Assembly (NCBI GenBank): GCA_050012475.1 | Contig: JBEKHC010000055.1 | Span: 1 to 41,710, forward strand | DNA length: 41,710 nucleotides | Direction of reading: 5' to 3' | Origin: Candidatus Velthaea sp. | GTDB taxonomy: Bacteria > Vulcanimicrobiota > Vulcanimicrobiia > Vulcanimicrobiales > Vulcanimicrobiaceae | Shown: piece after piece, positions 27,481 through 36,953 of the stretch | Layout of the letters: each line of letters begins with the position of its first letter | Numbering within the stretch: the stretch's first letter is position 1 | Notes under the pieces: generated by a model | Seen by the model: only the letters and a program-made list of their open reading frames with translations | The model's database searches: none | What the model was told of the DNA's origin: nothing | Program-made: the position numbers and the translations under genes

Positions 27481-27555
27481 GACTGCCTCTATTGACTAGG
27501 CAGTCAAGTCACCCGTATATTCGACCAGCAAAAGAGCGAACTTGCCACAAATGTG
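27481..27555. promoter_or_regulatory. Palindromic candidate operator sites
   Basis: GACTGCCT-N9-AGGCAGTC (27481-27505), TTGACT-N4-AGTCAA (27492-27507) and CACA-AA-TGTG (27546-27555). Confidence 0.5.
27492..27521 (+). promoter_or_regulatory. Sigma-70-type promoter of the deo operon
   Basis: TTGACT (27492-27497), 18-nt spacer, TATATT (27516-27521), followed by GAGGAG RBS at 27559-27564. Confidence 0.6.
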
Positions 27556-27571
27556 AACGAGGAGTGTGGGC

Positions 27572-28603
27572 TTGGCCCGGGACGCGCATGCCGGCAATCG
27601 CCCTGACCTGATGCTCGACGAAGAGCAAGGCTCGGTCCGTTTGCCGTCCGACGAAACGCGCGAACACCTCATGGTTGCAGCGGCAAAATTGTATTATGAA
27701 CTCGACAATACGCAGAACGAGATCGCCCGCGAACTGGGTCTGACGCGCTGGCAAGTCAGCCGGCTCATTCACGAGGCGCGAAAGCTGGGCGTAGTGCGCA
27801 TCGAGATCGTGCCGCGTTCGCAGCGTCGCAGCGATCTCGAAGCCGCGCTGCAAAAGGCGTTCGGTCTGCGCGAAGCAATCGTCGTGCGCCAGCATCAAGG
27901 CCACGACGATGCACTCGTCATCGAGAGTGTCGCCCGTGCCGCGGGACAGTTCCTGGCGAGTGTCAATCCGCGCCCGACGCTGGTCGGCGTGTCCTGGGGG
28001 CGCACGATGGCGACGGTCGCAAAGTGGCTGCCGCCGGCCTGGAGCAGCAACGTTCACGTCGTCCTCGTCAACGGCGCGACGACGCGCCGCTCGACATCCT
28101 AACAGGCCAACTACGTTGCCGAACGCTTTGCGGAGACCGCACTCAACGGTCAAGCAACGCTTCTTCCCGTGCCCGCAATCGTTGGCAAATCAACGACCCG
28201 CGAGGTGCTCGAAGACGATCCGGCGATCGCCGATGTGCTGGAATTGGCCCGTCGGGCGCCGCTGGTCTGCTTCAGCCTGGGCGCGCTCTCGGCCGGCTCG
28301 GTGCTGGTGGGATCGGGCTATCTCGAAGCCCGCGACATCGCGCGGCTGCGCCGTGCGGGCGCGGTCGGCGACATTCTCGGACGCTTTGTCGACCGCTTCG
28401 GAACGATCGTCGATGCGGAACTCGACGCGCGCACGATCGGATTGCGGCCCGAAGCGCTGCGTCACGTTCCGCTTGCGATCGGGGTCAGCGCCGGCGCGGC
28501 GAAGCACGCCGTCGTGCGCAGCTGCGTCGAGGCCGGCTACGTGAAGGTTCTCATCACCGATGAGGGAACCGCGCGCTACTTGCTCGAGTCATGCCGTGGC
28601 TGA
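27572..28603 (+). pseudogene. SorC/DeoR-type sugar-binding transcriptional regulator interrupted by an in-frame TAA
   Basis: HTH AAKLYY...TQNEIARELGLTRWQVSRL, GVSWGRT, GAVGDI and LITDE. TAA at 28100-28102 is followed by in-frame continuation QANYVAERFAE...LPVPAIV. Confidence 0.85.
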
Positions 28604-29546
28604 CCCGGCGCGAAGCCGGCCGCTGTGCGTCGATTGGTTCGCCGACGTTCGCGTCAACCTAAGCGCGGCCGAACGCCGGGCGGCGACGCTGGCAACGCGC
28701 CGTTCGGTCAAAAAAGAATATCAGGCCGCGTGGCTGGTCAAAGCGATCACCTGCATCGACCTCACGACGTTGTCCGGCGACGACACGCCGGGCCGGGTGC
28801 GGCGGCTCGCGGCCAAAGCCCGCCGTCCGCTGCGCGCCGACATCGTCGCGGCACTCGGGCTGAGCGATGCGCCGCCGACGGTCGGAGCGCTCTGCGTGTA
28901 TCCGGCCATGGTCGCGCCGGCGGTCAAAGCGCTCGTCGGATCGGGCATTCCGGTAGCCTCGGTCGCAACGGGTTTTCCGGCCGGTCTGACGCCGCTGCCG
29001 CAGCGGCTGGCCGAGATCCGCTTCGCGCTCGAAGCGGGCGCGGCCGAGATCGACATCGTCATCACGCGCGGCCACGTGCTGCTCGGCGATTGGAACGCGC
29101 TCTACGAAGAGATCTGCGCGATGCGCGAAGCCTGCGGGCCGGCCCACCTCAAGACGATCCTGGGCACCGGCGATCTCAAAACGCTGCGCAACGTGTACGC
29201 GGCCAGCATGGTCGCGATGATGGCCGGTGCCGACTTTATCAAGACTTCGACCGGTAAAGAAGAGGTGAACGCCACGCTGCCGGTGAGTCTGACGATGCTG
29301 CGCGCGTTGCGCGATTTCGGCGAGCGCACCGGCGTGCGGGTCGGCTTCAAGCCCGCCGGCGGCTTGAAAACCGCGAAAGATGCGTTGACCTGGCTGATGC
29401 TGATGAAAGAAGAATTGGGCCGGCCGTGGCTGGAGCCCGATCTGTTTCGCATCGGCGCGAGTTCGATGCTGGGCGACATCGAGCGCCAGCTCGAGCATTA
29501 CGTGACCGGCCGCTATGCGTCCGCGGCGCACCATCCGCTTGCATAA
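28596..29546 (+). CDS. deoC: Deoxyribose-phosphate aldolase
   Basis: IDLTTL, VASVATGFPAG, EIDIVI, ADFIKTSTGK (Schiff-base Lys), GFKPAGG, FRIGASS. Confidence 0.95.
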   Translation: MADPARSRPLCVDWFADVRVNLSAAERRAATLATRRSVKKEYQAAWLVKAITCIDLTTLSGDDTPGRVRRLAAKARRPLRADIVAALGLSDAPPTVGALCVYPAMVAPAVKALVGSGIPVASVATGFPAGLTPLPQRLAEIRFALEAGAAEIDIVITRGHVLLGDWNALYEEICAMREACGPAHLKTILGTGDLKTLRNVYAASMVAMMAGADFIKTSTGKEEVNATLPVSLTMLRALRDFGERTGVRVGFKPAGGLKTAKDALTWLMLMKEELGRPWLEPDLFRIGASSMLGDIERQLEHYVTGRYASAAHHPLA

Positions 29547-29561
29547 CGAGGGAACCGCGCG

Positions 29562-31982
29562 ATGCCGCTAGTCAAGGATATCTTGCAGACGATGGAATAC
29601 GGACCGTCGCCCGAAGCGAACGAGCACGTTACCGGCTGGCTCGCGCAGCACGCCGGCGGCTTCACGCATTTCATCGACGGCGCGTTCGCCGCGCCGCACG
29701 GCGGCGAGACGCTCGAGATCGTCGATCCGGCGCACGCGACGCGCCTGGCCACCGTCGCGCGCGCCACGGCCGCCGATCTCGATGCGGCCGTGGCGGCGGC
29801 GCGCCGCGCGTTCGCGTCGTGGTCGGCGCTGCCCGGACACGCGCGCGCCCGCTATTTGTACGCGATCGCGCGCCACATCCAGAAGCGCGAGCGCTTTCTC
29901 GCCGTGCTCGAGTCGATGGACAACGGCAAGCCGATCCGCGAAACGCGCGACATCGATATTCCGCTGGTCGCGCGCCATTTCTACCATCACGCGGGCTGGG
30001 CCGAATTGATCGAAACCGAGTTCGCGGGATACGGCCCCGTCGGCGTCTGCGGGCAGATCATCCCCTGGAATTTTCCGCTGTTGATGCTCGCCTGGAAGAT
30101 CGCGCCCGCCCTTGCCGCCGGCAATACGGTCGTGCTCAAGCCGGCGAGTTTCACGCCGCTCACGGCGCTGGCGTTCGCCGAGATTTGCCAAGAAGTCGGG
30201 CTGCCCGCCGGCGTCGTCAACATCCTCTTGGGCGACGGCGCGCTGGGCTCGGCGCTCGCCGCGCATCCGGACGTCGACAAGATCGCGTTCACCGGTTCGA
30301 CCGAAGTCGGCCGGTCGATCCGCGAAGTCACCGCGGGTTCGGGCAAACGGCTCTCGCTGGAACTGGGCGGCAAATCGCCGTTCATCGTGTTCGAAGACGC
30401 CGACCTCGACGCCGCGGTCGAGGGCGTCGTCGACGCGATCTGGTTCAATCAAGGGGAAGTGTGCTGCGCCGGTTCGCGGCTGCTGGTGCAAGAGGGGATC
30501 GCGGAACGCTTTCATGCCAAACTCCGCCGCCGGATGGAAACGCTGCGCGTCGGCGATCCGCTCGACAAGTCGACGGATATCGGCGCCATCGTGGCGCCCG
30601 TGCAGATCGAACGCATCCGCGAACTCGTCGAGCAAGCCCGCCGCGAAGGCGGCCGCGTTTGGACCGGGCCCGGCGCGCTGCCCGACGGCGGCTGGTTCTA
30701 TCCGCCCACACTGATCACCGAGGTCGATCCCGCGTCGACGGTGGCCCAGATCGAGATCTTCGGCCCCGTGGCGGTATCGCTGACGTTTCGCACGCCTGAC
30801 GAGGCGCTCGCGCTGGCGAACAACACGCGCTACGGGTTAGCCGCGTCGATCTGGTCGGAGAACATCAACCGCGCGCTCGACGCGGCCGCCAAGGTGAAAG
30901 CCGGCGTCGTCTGGATCAACGCGACGAACCTCTTCGACGCGGGCGCCGGTTTCGGCGGCTACAAAGAGAGCGGCTTCGGCCGGGAAGGCGGCCGCGAAGG
31001 CATGGCCGGCTATCTCGTCGCCGATTGGGAGCGCGGCCGAACGCCGGCCCCGGCGCGGGCGGCCTTCGCGCCGTCGGCGGCCCCGGCGCCGCGGGGCGGC
31101 ACCCCAGCGAACGGCGCGGCCGTGACGCGCCTCCCCGCGATCGACCGCACCGCGAAACTCTTCATCGGCGGCAAACAAGCGCGGCCGGATTCCGGCTCCA
31201 GCTTCACGGTATTCGATGCGGCCGGTTCGCCGCTGGGTCAAGCCGGTTTGGGCAACCGTAAAGATATTCGCAACGCCGTCGAGGCAGCGGCGAAAGCGAG
31301 CAGTTGGAGCAGCGTCACCGCACACAATCGCGCCCAAATCCTGTACTACGTGGGCGAGAATTTGGCGGCGCGCGAAGCGGAATTCGCCGCGCGGCTCACC
31401 GCCCTGACGGGACACGCCCCGCAAGCAGCGGCGCGCGAGGTCGCAGCCGCGATCGCGCGCAGCTTCTGGTATGCGGCGTGGGCCGATAAATACGACGGCG
31501 CCGTTCACGCGACCAAGTCACGGCACGTAACGCTGGCCATTCCCGAGCCCTGGGGCGTCATGGGCGTCGTCTGTCCCGACGAAGCGCCGCTGCTGGCGTT
31601 CATCTCGCTCGTGATGCCCGCGCTGGCCCTGGGCAATCGGGTTGTCGCCGTGCCGTCGGAACGTTACCCGCTGGCCGCGACCGACCTCTATCAGGTGCTG
31701 GACACCAGCGACGTGCCGGCCGGCGTCATCAGCATCGTGACCGGCGAACGCGACGCGCTCGCAAAGGTTCTCGCTCTGCACGACGACGTCGACGCCATCT
31801 GGTACGCGGGCTCGCAAGCCGGCAGCGCGATGGTCGAAAAAGCATGCGCCGGTAATATCAAGGCGAGCTGGGTCAACGACGGTCGCGAACGCGACTGGCA
31901 TCGCGCGCCCGAAGGCCAAGGCCGCGACTACTTGCAGCACGCGACGCAAGTGAAGAACATCTGGGTGCCGTACGGCGATTGA
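29562..31982 (+). CDS. Aldehyde dehydrogenase, ALDH16-type (extra C-terminal ALDH-like domain)
   Basis: IPWNFP, FTGSTEVG, LELGGKSP, catalytic GEVCCAG, EIFGPV, then a second partial ALDH domain ending KNIWVPYGD. 806 aa. Confidence 0.93.
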   Translation: MPLVKDILQTMEYGPSPEANEHVTGWLAQHAGGFTHFIDGAFAAPHGGETLEIVDPAHATRLATVARATAADLDAAVAAARRAFASWSALPGHARARYLYAIARHIQKRERFLAVLESMDNGKPIRETRDIDIPLVARHFYHHAGWAELIETEFAGYGPVGVCGQIIPWNFPLLMLAWKIAPALAAGNTVVLKPASFTPLTALAFAEICQEVGLPAGVVNILLGDGALGSALAAHPDVDKIAFTGSTEVGRSIREVTAGSGKRLSLELGGKSPFIVFEDADLDAAVEGVVDAIWFNQGEVCCAGSRLLVQEGIAERFHAKLRRRMETLRVGDPLDKSTDIGAIVAPVQIERIRELVEQARREGGRVWTGPGALPDGGWFYPPTLITEVDPASTVAQIEIFGPVAVSLTFRTPDEALALANNTRYGLAASIWSENINRALDAAAKVKAGVVWINATNLFDAGAGFGGYKESGFGREGGREGMAGYLVADWERGRTPAPARAAFAPSAAPAPRGGTPANGAAVTRLPAIDRTAKLFIGGKQARPDSGSSFTVFDAAGSPLGQAGLGNRKDIRNAVEAAAKASSWSSVTAHNRAQILYYVGENLAAREAEFAARLTALTGHAPQAAAREVAAAIARSFWYAAWADKYDGAVHATKSRHVTLAIPEPWGVMGVVCPDEAPLLAFISLVMPALALGNRVVAVPSERYPLAATDLYQVLDTSDVPAGVISIVTGERDALAKVLALHDDVDAIWYAGSQAGSAMVEKACAGNIKASWVNDGRERDWHRAPEGQGRDYLQHATQVKNIWVPYGD

Positions 31983-32110
31983 CGCTCCCTTCTCCGCGGT
32001 TCGGCGCGCAGCACCGAACGCCACCGCGGCTTGCGGCGCAGCCGCAAACGCCACGGATTGCGCGAAGCGCAATCCTTAGGATTCGTCGAGCGAAGCCGAG
32101 ACGAATCCAA

Positions 32111-32848
32111 CTAGGGCGAAAGATCGATCCGCACGACGATCGTCACGAGGTGCATTTCCACGGCGGCGGCGACGGTGAAGCGATCGAGCATTGCATCGAT
32201 GTCGGCATGCATCGCGATCGCGGGCGGACCGCTCTGCGGCAAGTACGAGGAGCTTTCGGCGCGCGCGTGTATGCCCTCTCGCGCGAGCCGGTGCGTGTGT
32301 CGGAATTCCGCGCGCGTCGTGCGCGCCGGATCGATGCCGAGCGCGTGCGCCAGAGCGCTCGCGCGCCGCTGTTCGGTGGCGTCGCTGGCATAGCGGCGCA
32401 CGATCTCACCGTAGGCCGCCGTGAACCGATCGCGTTCGTCGCGTTCGTTGTAGACCACCGCAAGGCGTCCGCCGGGCCGAACGATGCGCCGAACTTCCGC
32501 CGTCGCCGCCGCCCCCTCGACCCAATGCCAGGCTTGGAACGCCGTCACGACGTGGACCGAAGCGTCGGCCAAGGTCGTGTTTTCTGCGGTGCCGTCGATC
32601 CACTCGATGCGGGGATCGACGCGCGCGGCAGCGCGCATCGCGGCATTCGGCTCGATCGCGAACACGTGCGGACCCCGGTCCGCGACCAGCCGCGAAGAAA
32701 TCCCCGTGCCCGCACCGAGATCGGCAACGCTCAGTGTCGCCGGATCACCCAATCCCGCGAGGATCGCGTCGATTGCTTCGGGGGGATACGACGGACGGCT
32801 CGTGGCGTAGGCCGTGGCACGCGTGGTGAATCGCTCGGTGGACGACAT
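32111..32848 (-). CDS. Class I SAM-dependent methyltransferase
   Basis: YATSRPSYP, ADLGAGTG, AIEPNAAM, GTAENT, FQAWHW, VRPGG. Confidence 0.92.
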   Translation of the reverse strand: MSSTERFTTRATAYATSRPSYPPEAIDAILAGLGDPATLSVADLGAGTGISSRLVADRGPHVFAIEPNAAMRAAARVDPRIEWIDGTAENTTLADASVHVVTAFQAWHWVEGAAATAEVRRIVRPGGRLAVVYNERDERDRFTAAYGEIVRRYASDATEQRRASALAHALGIDPARTTRAEFRHTHRLAREGIHARAESSSYLPQSGPPAIAMHADIDAMLDRFTVAAAVEMHLVTIVVRIDLSP

Positions 32849-33255
32849 TGCTCTTCTCAGTTACCCGCCGGGACCGGCAAATTCTCTCGTGCCGGCCGGC
32901 AGCCACGGGCTCGCCGCGCGTACGGCTCGAGACCGGCGGCTGCGATGCGACCGATTCTATCCAATCTTGCGACCGATCGCTTGCTTAGTCGTAGACGTTA
33001 TTGCACCCGCCGGCGCGCGCAAAGTGCCGTTCCCCGGAAACCTTTGCGCAGCCCGGTCGTCAGTCCGGCCGGCGTGCCGCAAGCCGGGCGACCCTGGATT
33101 CGAGCGCCGCCACTGGGTCCGCGAAGGCCATGCCGCGCGGGCATTCGCAGGCGCCGCGCCGCGCGCCCTCAGGCGCTGCGACTATCCAAATCGACGATCG
33201 ACCCGGGCGCGCAATGTATCGAATCAGCATAATTTTCCGCTGCTGTTACAACAGC

Positions 33256-33630
33256 GTGCGCTTTTGCCGATACCTTTCGTTAGGATATTATCATCGGGAT
33301 ACGCTGCTGAACATCTCAAACTCGCGTTCGAACGGCTTGCTGCTGTTTCGCTCGGATCATATCGTGCTGCAGCAAATCACTGTTGATCCGCGCAAGCGGC
33401 GTCACCGCCACGGCTCGGCAATGCTCGATCTCGCCATCGAGATCGCCAATCAAGCCGGGCTGCGGCTCGAACTCATCGCTGAAGCACCGTCACGTCCGAT
33501 TAAGGCAGACCTCAGCAAGAACGAATTGCAGGCCTGGTACCGGCGGCACAAATTCGTCGATGCCGACGACGTCCTGATGAGCCGCCTCCCCGATGCCGAT
33601 GCGACCAAAGCATCATGGTCCGTCGCGTAG
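33256..33630 (+). CDS. GNAT-like acetyltransferase (divergent)
   Basis: ITVDPRKRRHRHGSAML (motif A-like), LRLELIA, LQAWYRRHKF. Start uncertain (GTG 33256 or ATG 33214). Confidence 0.6.
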   Translation: MRFCRYLSLGYYHRDTLLNISNSRSNGLLLFRSDHIVLQQITVDPRKRRHRHGSAMLDLAIEIANQAGLRLELIAEAPSRPIKADLSKNELQAWYRRHKFVDADDVLMSRLPDADATKASWSVA

Positions 33631-33796
33631 CCGCTTAACCGTTGCTGCGACTTTTCAAGCAGCCCACCGTGCGCAAAACGCCGGCGATCACGCCTTTGCC
33701 CTCACTCCCGTGGCGCGTATGCAGATGCCGCACGAATACCTCCTGCGGATTGATGCGCCGTGAGCGCCAGCACGCACGCGAACGCGATCGGCCCCG

Positions 33797-35293
33797 TTAG
33801 GTTTCGCGCGATGCGCGTAACGGGCCGGCCGGAATCGTGCGCCACGCAACGAGTGCGGCGAGCCATGCCGCCAGCGCACAGACGACCATGTTCCAGCGAA
33901 AGCCGGCCGTATAGGCCGACGCCAGAGCGCCGTCGACGAGCGTGCGGTCCCGTTCGCCGACGTTGGAGACGGGCCGTCCCGTACTCAGAGCGGCGCGGTC
34001 TCGCTCGAGCGTTTGGCGCGTCGCCGCGGACAGCGGCAGTTTGCTGACCGTTCGATCGAATTGAGAATAAAACGTTGTCGACAGCACGATGCCGAGTACC
34101 GCAATCGCCAACAATCCGGCGACGCGCGCCACGGCGTTATTGATGCCCGATGCGACTCCGGCTTGCGCCGTGTCGAGTGCGCTCATCACCGCGGTCGTCA
34201 GCGGGGCGACGAACAAAGCGCCGCCGGCACCGAGAACGACGGCAGCGGGAAAAAAGGTGGTCCAATACGAGCCGCCCACGCCGATGCGCGCATAACACAA
34301 AAAACCGAAGCCGGCGACGATCGCGCCCGTCACCAAAGGCAGCCGTGCCCCGACCGCGGCGGCGAGTCCGCCCGACGGACGCGCGAAGGCGAACATGATC
34401 AGGATGAACGGCAGCATGGCGGCTCCGGCCGCAGTCGGCGAGTAACGCTGCACGTTTTGAAGATCGAACGGCACAAAGTAGAAGCTGCCGCCGAGCGCGG
34501 CGTACAACAGCAACGTATAGAGATTCGCGCCGGTGAACGCCGCGTTTCGAAAGACGTGCAGCGGGACCATGGGCGATCGCGCGCGCTTTTCCCACCCGAC
34601 GAACGCGACGAGCAAGAGCGAACCGAGGACCGTGCTCAGCGCCGCAACGCCATCGCGCGTGCCGTCCCCGAAGCCGGTCAGACCGAACGTCAATCCGCCC
34701 AGCCCAAGCGTCACGAGGATCGCGCCGGCGACATCGACCGACGGGCTTGCCTCGCGGTCTCGGCTTTCGGGAACGGCGAGCGACGCGGCCACGATCACGA
34801 ACAGCGCCGGCGGCAGGTTGATCAAAAACACGTAACGCCAAGAAGCGCTTTGGGCGAGCCAGCCGCCCAGCAATGGGCCGATCGCCGCGGTGATCGCGGC
34901 AAAGCCCGACCAGGTGCCGATGGCCCGGCCGCGCGCGGGTCCGGCGAAGTTCGCGCTGATCAAGGCCAGGCTGCCGGGTGTCGCGAGAGCGCCCCCGGCG
35001 CCTTGCAGGCAGCGCGCGACGTCGAGCTGTTCGATGGTTTGCGCGGCGGCACACGCGGCCGACGCGAGCGCGAACACGGCGATGCCGGCCACGAACGTGC
35101 GGCGACGCCCGAACCGGTCGCCCAGTGCGCCGCCGACGAGGATCAGCGCCGACATAAACAACGCGTACCCCTCGACGACCCAGGCCAGTTTCGCGGCATC
35201 CGAGCGCAGATCGACCTGGATCGACGGCAGCGCAACGTTGACGGCGCTCGAGTCGATGAACGCCATGCTCGAACCGGCGATCGTCACCGCCAA
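33797..35293 (-). CDS. DHA2 (EmrB/QacA-type) MFS transporter
   Basis: GSSMAFIDSSAVNVALP, GALGDRFGRRR, GPLLGGWL, WRYVFLINLP, ASGINNA. About 14 TM segments. The true start is probably upstream of TTG 35293. Confidence 0.92.
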   Translation of the reverse strand: MAVTIAGSSMAFIDSSAVNVALPSIQVDLRSDAAKLAWVVEGYALFMSALILVGGALGDRFGRRRTFVAGIAVFALASAACAAAQTIEQLDVARCLQGAGGALATPGSLALISANFAGPARGRAIGTWSGFAAITAAIGPLLGGWLAQSASWRYVFLINLPPALFVIVAASLAVPESRDREASPSVDVAGAILVTLGLGGLTFGLTGFGDGTRDGVAALSTVLGSLLLVAFVGWEKRARSPMVPLHVFRNAAFTGANLYTLLLYAALGGSFYFVPFDLQNVQRYSPTAAGAAMLPFILIMFAFARPSGGLAAAVGARLPLVTGAIVAGFGFLCYARIGVGGSYWTTFFPAAVVLGAGGALFVAPLTTAVMSALDTAQAGVASGINNAVARVAGLLAIAVLGIVLSTTFYSQFDRTVSKLPLSAATRQTLERDRAALSTGRPVSNVGERDRTLVDGALASAYTAGFRWNMVVCALAAWLAALVAWRTIPAGPLRASRET

Positions 35294-35344
35294 GACCCAG
35301 GACGACGTGCGTCCGCGTGTGGCCGCGTTACGCCGAATGAAGCA

Positions 35345-35932
35345 TTACTGCCACTCGACCTCGATGCCGTAGGCGCGGCGCAGGTGGTTGACGATGTCCG
35401 ACCGCGCATCGGCATAGCGCCGGGGCACCAACAAGCGTTGTGGATACGCGAACTGCGCGCGATACCCGTGCTCGTGGACGATCACTCGCCCCCACAACGC
35501 AACTTTTCCGTACACGTGCGGCGTCATCTTCCCGCGCGACTGCTCGTCGAAATACGTTTCGGCCTGACTGCGGCTGGTGAACGCATGGATGCCGTGGCGC
35601 AAGCCGGTGCGACCCGAACCGCAACACGCTTTCATCGGTTCGCCGGCCGGCCAAACCGAGGCCATGAACGTGCTCAGCAGCGGCGCATGCTGCTCGGTCG
35701 GCTGCGCCAAACGCCAGACGCGCCAGCCGATCATCGTCTCCGCGAACTCCCGGACGCGCCCCGATTTCGGCGGCTCGTCGCGCAAGATAAACTCGCGCGT
35801 GTCTTCTATGCAGGCATCGGTTGGGGCGCGGCCGGCTGCGGAATCGCAGGCAGTTTGCTCGGTATCGGCAGCTCTTTGGGGATGACGATTCGTTCCTCGA
35901 TCGGAAGGCCAATCTCCATCGATTCTCTCCAT
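35345..35932 (-). CDS. Hypothetical protein with GWRVW / GIHAF / VALWGRV...GYRAQFAYP motifs
   Basis: Conserved-looking C-terminal domain after a disordered N-terminus. Confidence 0.7.
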   Translation of the reverse strand: MERIDGDWPSDRGTNRHPQRAADTEQTACDSAAGRAPTDACIEDTREFILRDEPPKSGRVREFAETMIGWRVWRLAQPTEQHAPLLSTFMASVWPAGEPMKACCGSGRTGLRHGIHAFTSRSQAETYFDEQSRGKMTPHVYGKVALWGRVIVHEHGYRAQFAYPQRLLVPRRYADARSDIVNHLRRAYGIEVEWQ

Positions 35933-36145
35933 CAACGTGTGTACTCTCGTCCAAACATCAGCGGCTGGGCTGGAGCGACTAAGGAATTGCCGCTTCTTTA
36001 CCCGGAGACGAGCCAAAATCAACGAACGCCGCGAGACTGCATGCGCAAGCTTAACAAGAGTCTAGCCGTTCGTCGAACTTGTCGGACAAACGGCCAGGGC
36101 GCCCTTCGCGACGCCGCACGAACGCATGCTTGGACACCGTGCTTG

Positions 36146-36910
36146 CTACATGTCTTGTTCGGTGGGCCGCACGAGCATTTCGTTGATCGCGACACGCCGC
36201 GGACGGGTCACGATGTAAGCGATTGCGTCGGCGATGTCGTCCGCTTCCAGACGTTCGGTCTCGCCGAAACGCGCTCGAATCATCTCCTGGACCTGCGGCT
36301 TGTTGTGTGACGCCAGTTCGGTCGCGACGGCGCCCGGCTCGACCAGCGCAACGCGGACGTGGCGCTTCGTCACTTCTTGGCGCAGCGATTCGCTAAACGC
36401 GTTGACGGCGAACTTCGACGCGTTGTACACGCCGCTGCCCAGGCGCGCGATGCGGCCGGCGGTCGAGCTGACATTGACGATGTCGGCGACACGGCGCGGG
36501 CTGCTCTCGGCAGCCCGGATCAGATGCGGCAGCGCGGCGTGCGTCACGTGCAACAGACCGGTTACGTTGAGATCGATCATCCGCGACCATTCGCTCGTTT
36601 CGGCATCGACGATCGGGCCCAGCAGCATCACGCCCGCGTTGTTGACGACCGTATCGAGCCGGCCGAATTCGGCGGCCGCGCGCGCAACGGCGCCGCGCGC
36701 CTGCTCCTCATCGGTGACGTCGACTTCGATCGCGAGCGCCCCGACGCCGGTCGCCCGGACGCGCGCGGCCAGCTCGTCGAGCCGGTCGCGCCGGCGCGCG
36801 ACGAGGGCCACCGATGCGCCGGCTTTGGCCAGCGCCAGTGCGGTCGCCTCGCCGATGCCCGAACTCGCGCCCGTGACGAGCGCCGCCGTTGAGTCGAGTC
36901 GTTCAGCCAT
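36146..36910 (-). CDS. SDR family NAD(P)-dependent oxidoreductase
   Basis: TGASSGIG, ARR (NADP preference), NNAG, catalytic S...YNASK, EPGAVATE. Confidence 0.95.
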   Translation of the reverse strand: MAERLDSTAALVTGASSGIGEATALALAKAGASVALVARRRDRLDELAARVRATGVGALAIEVDVTDEEQARGAVARAAAEFGRLDTVVNNAGVMLLGPIVDAETSEWSRMIDLNVTGLLHVTHAALPHLIRAAESSPRRVADIVNVSSTAGRIARLGSGVYNASKFAVNAFSESLRQEVTKRHVRVALVEPGAVATELASHNKPQVQEMIRARFGETERLEADDIADAIAYIVTRPRRVAINEMLVRPTEQDM

Positions 36911-36953
36911 GGCAAGCATGTAGCACAAAATCGAGCCGGCGAAACGGCGCGGT

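Noticed and set aside
28100..28102. TAA reassignment (alternative genetic code)
   Set aside because: TAA ends iolG, the acyltransferase, the MCP and deoC at their expected C-termini.
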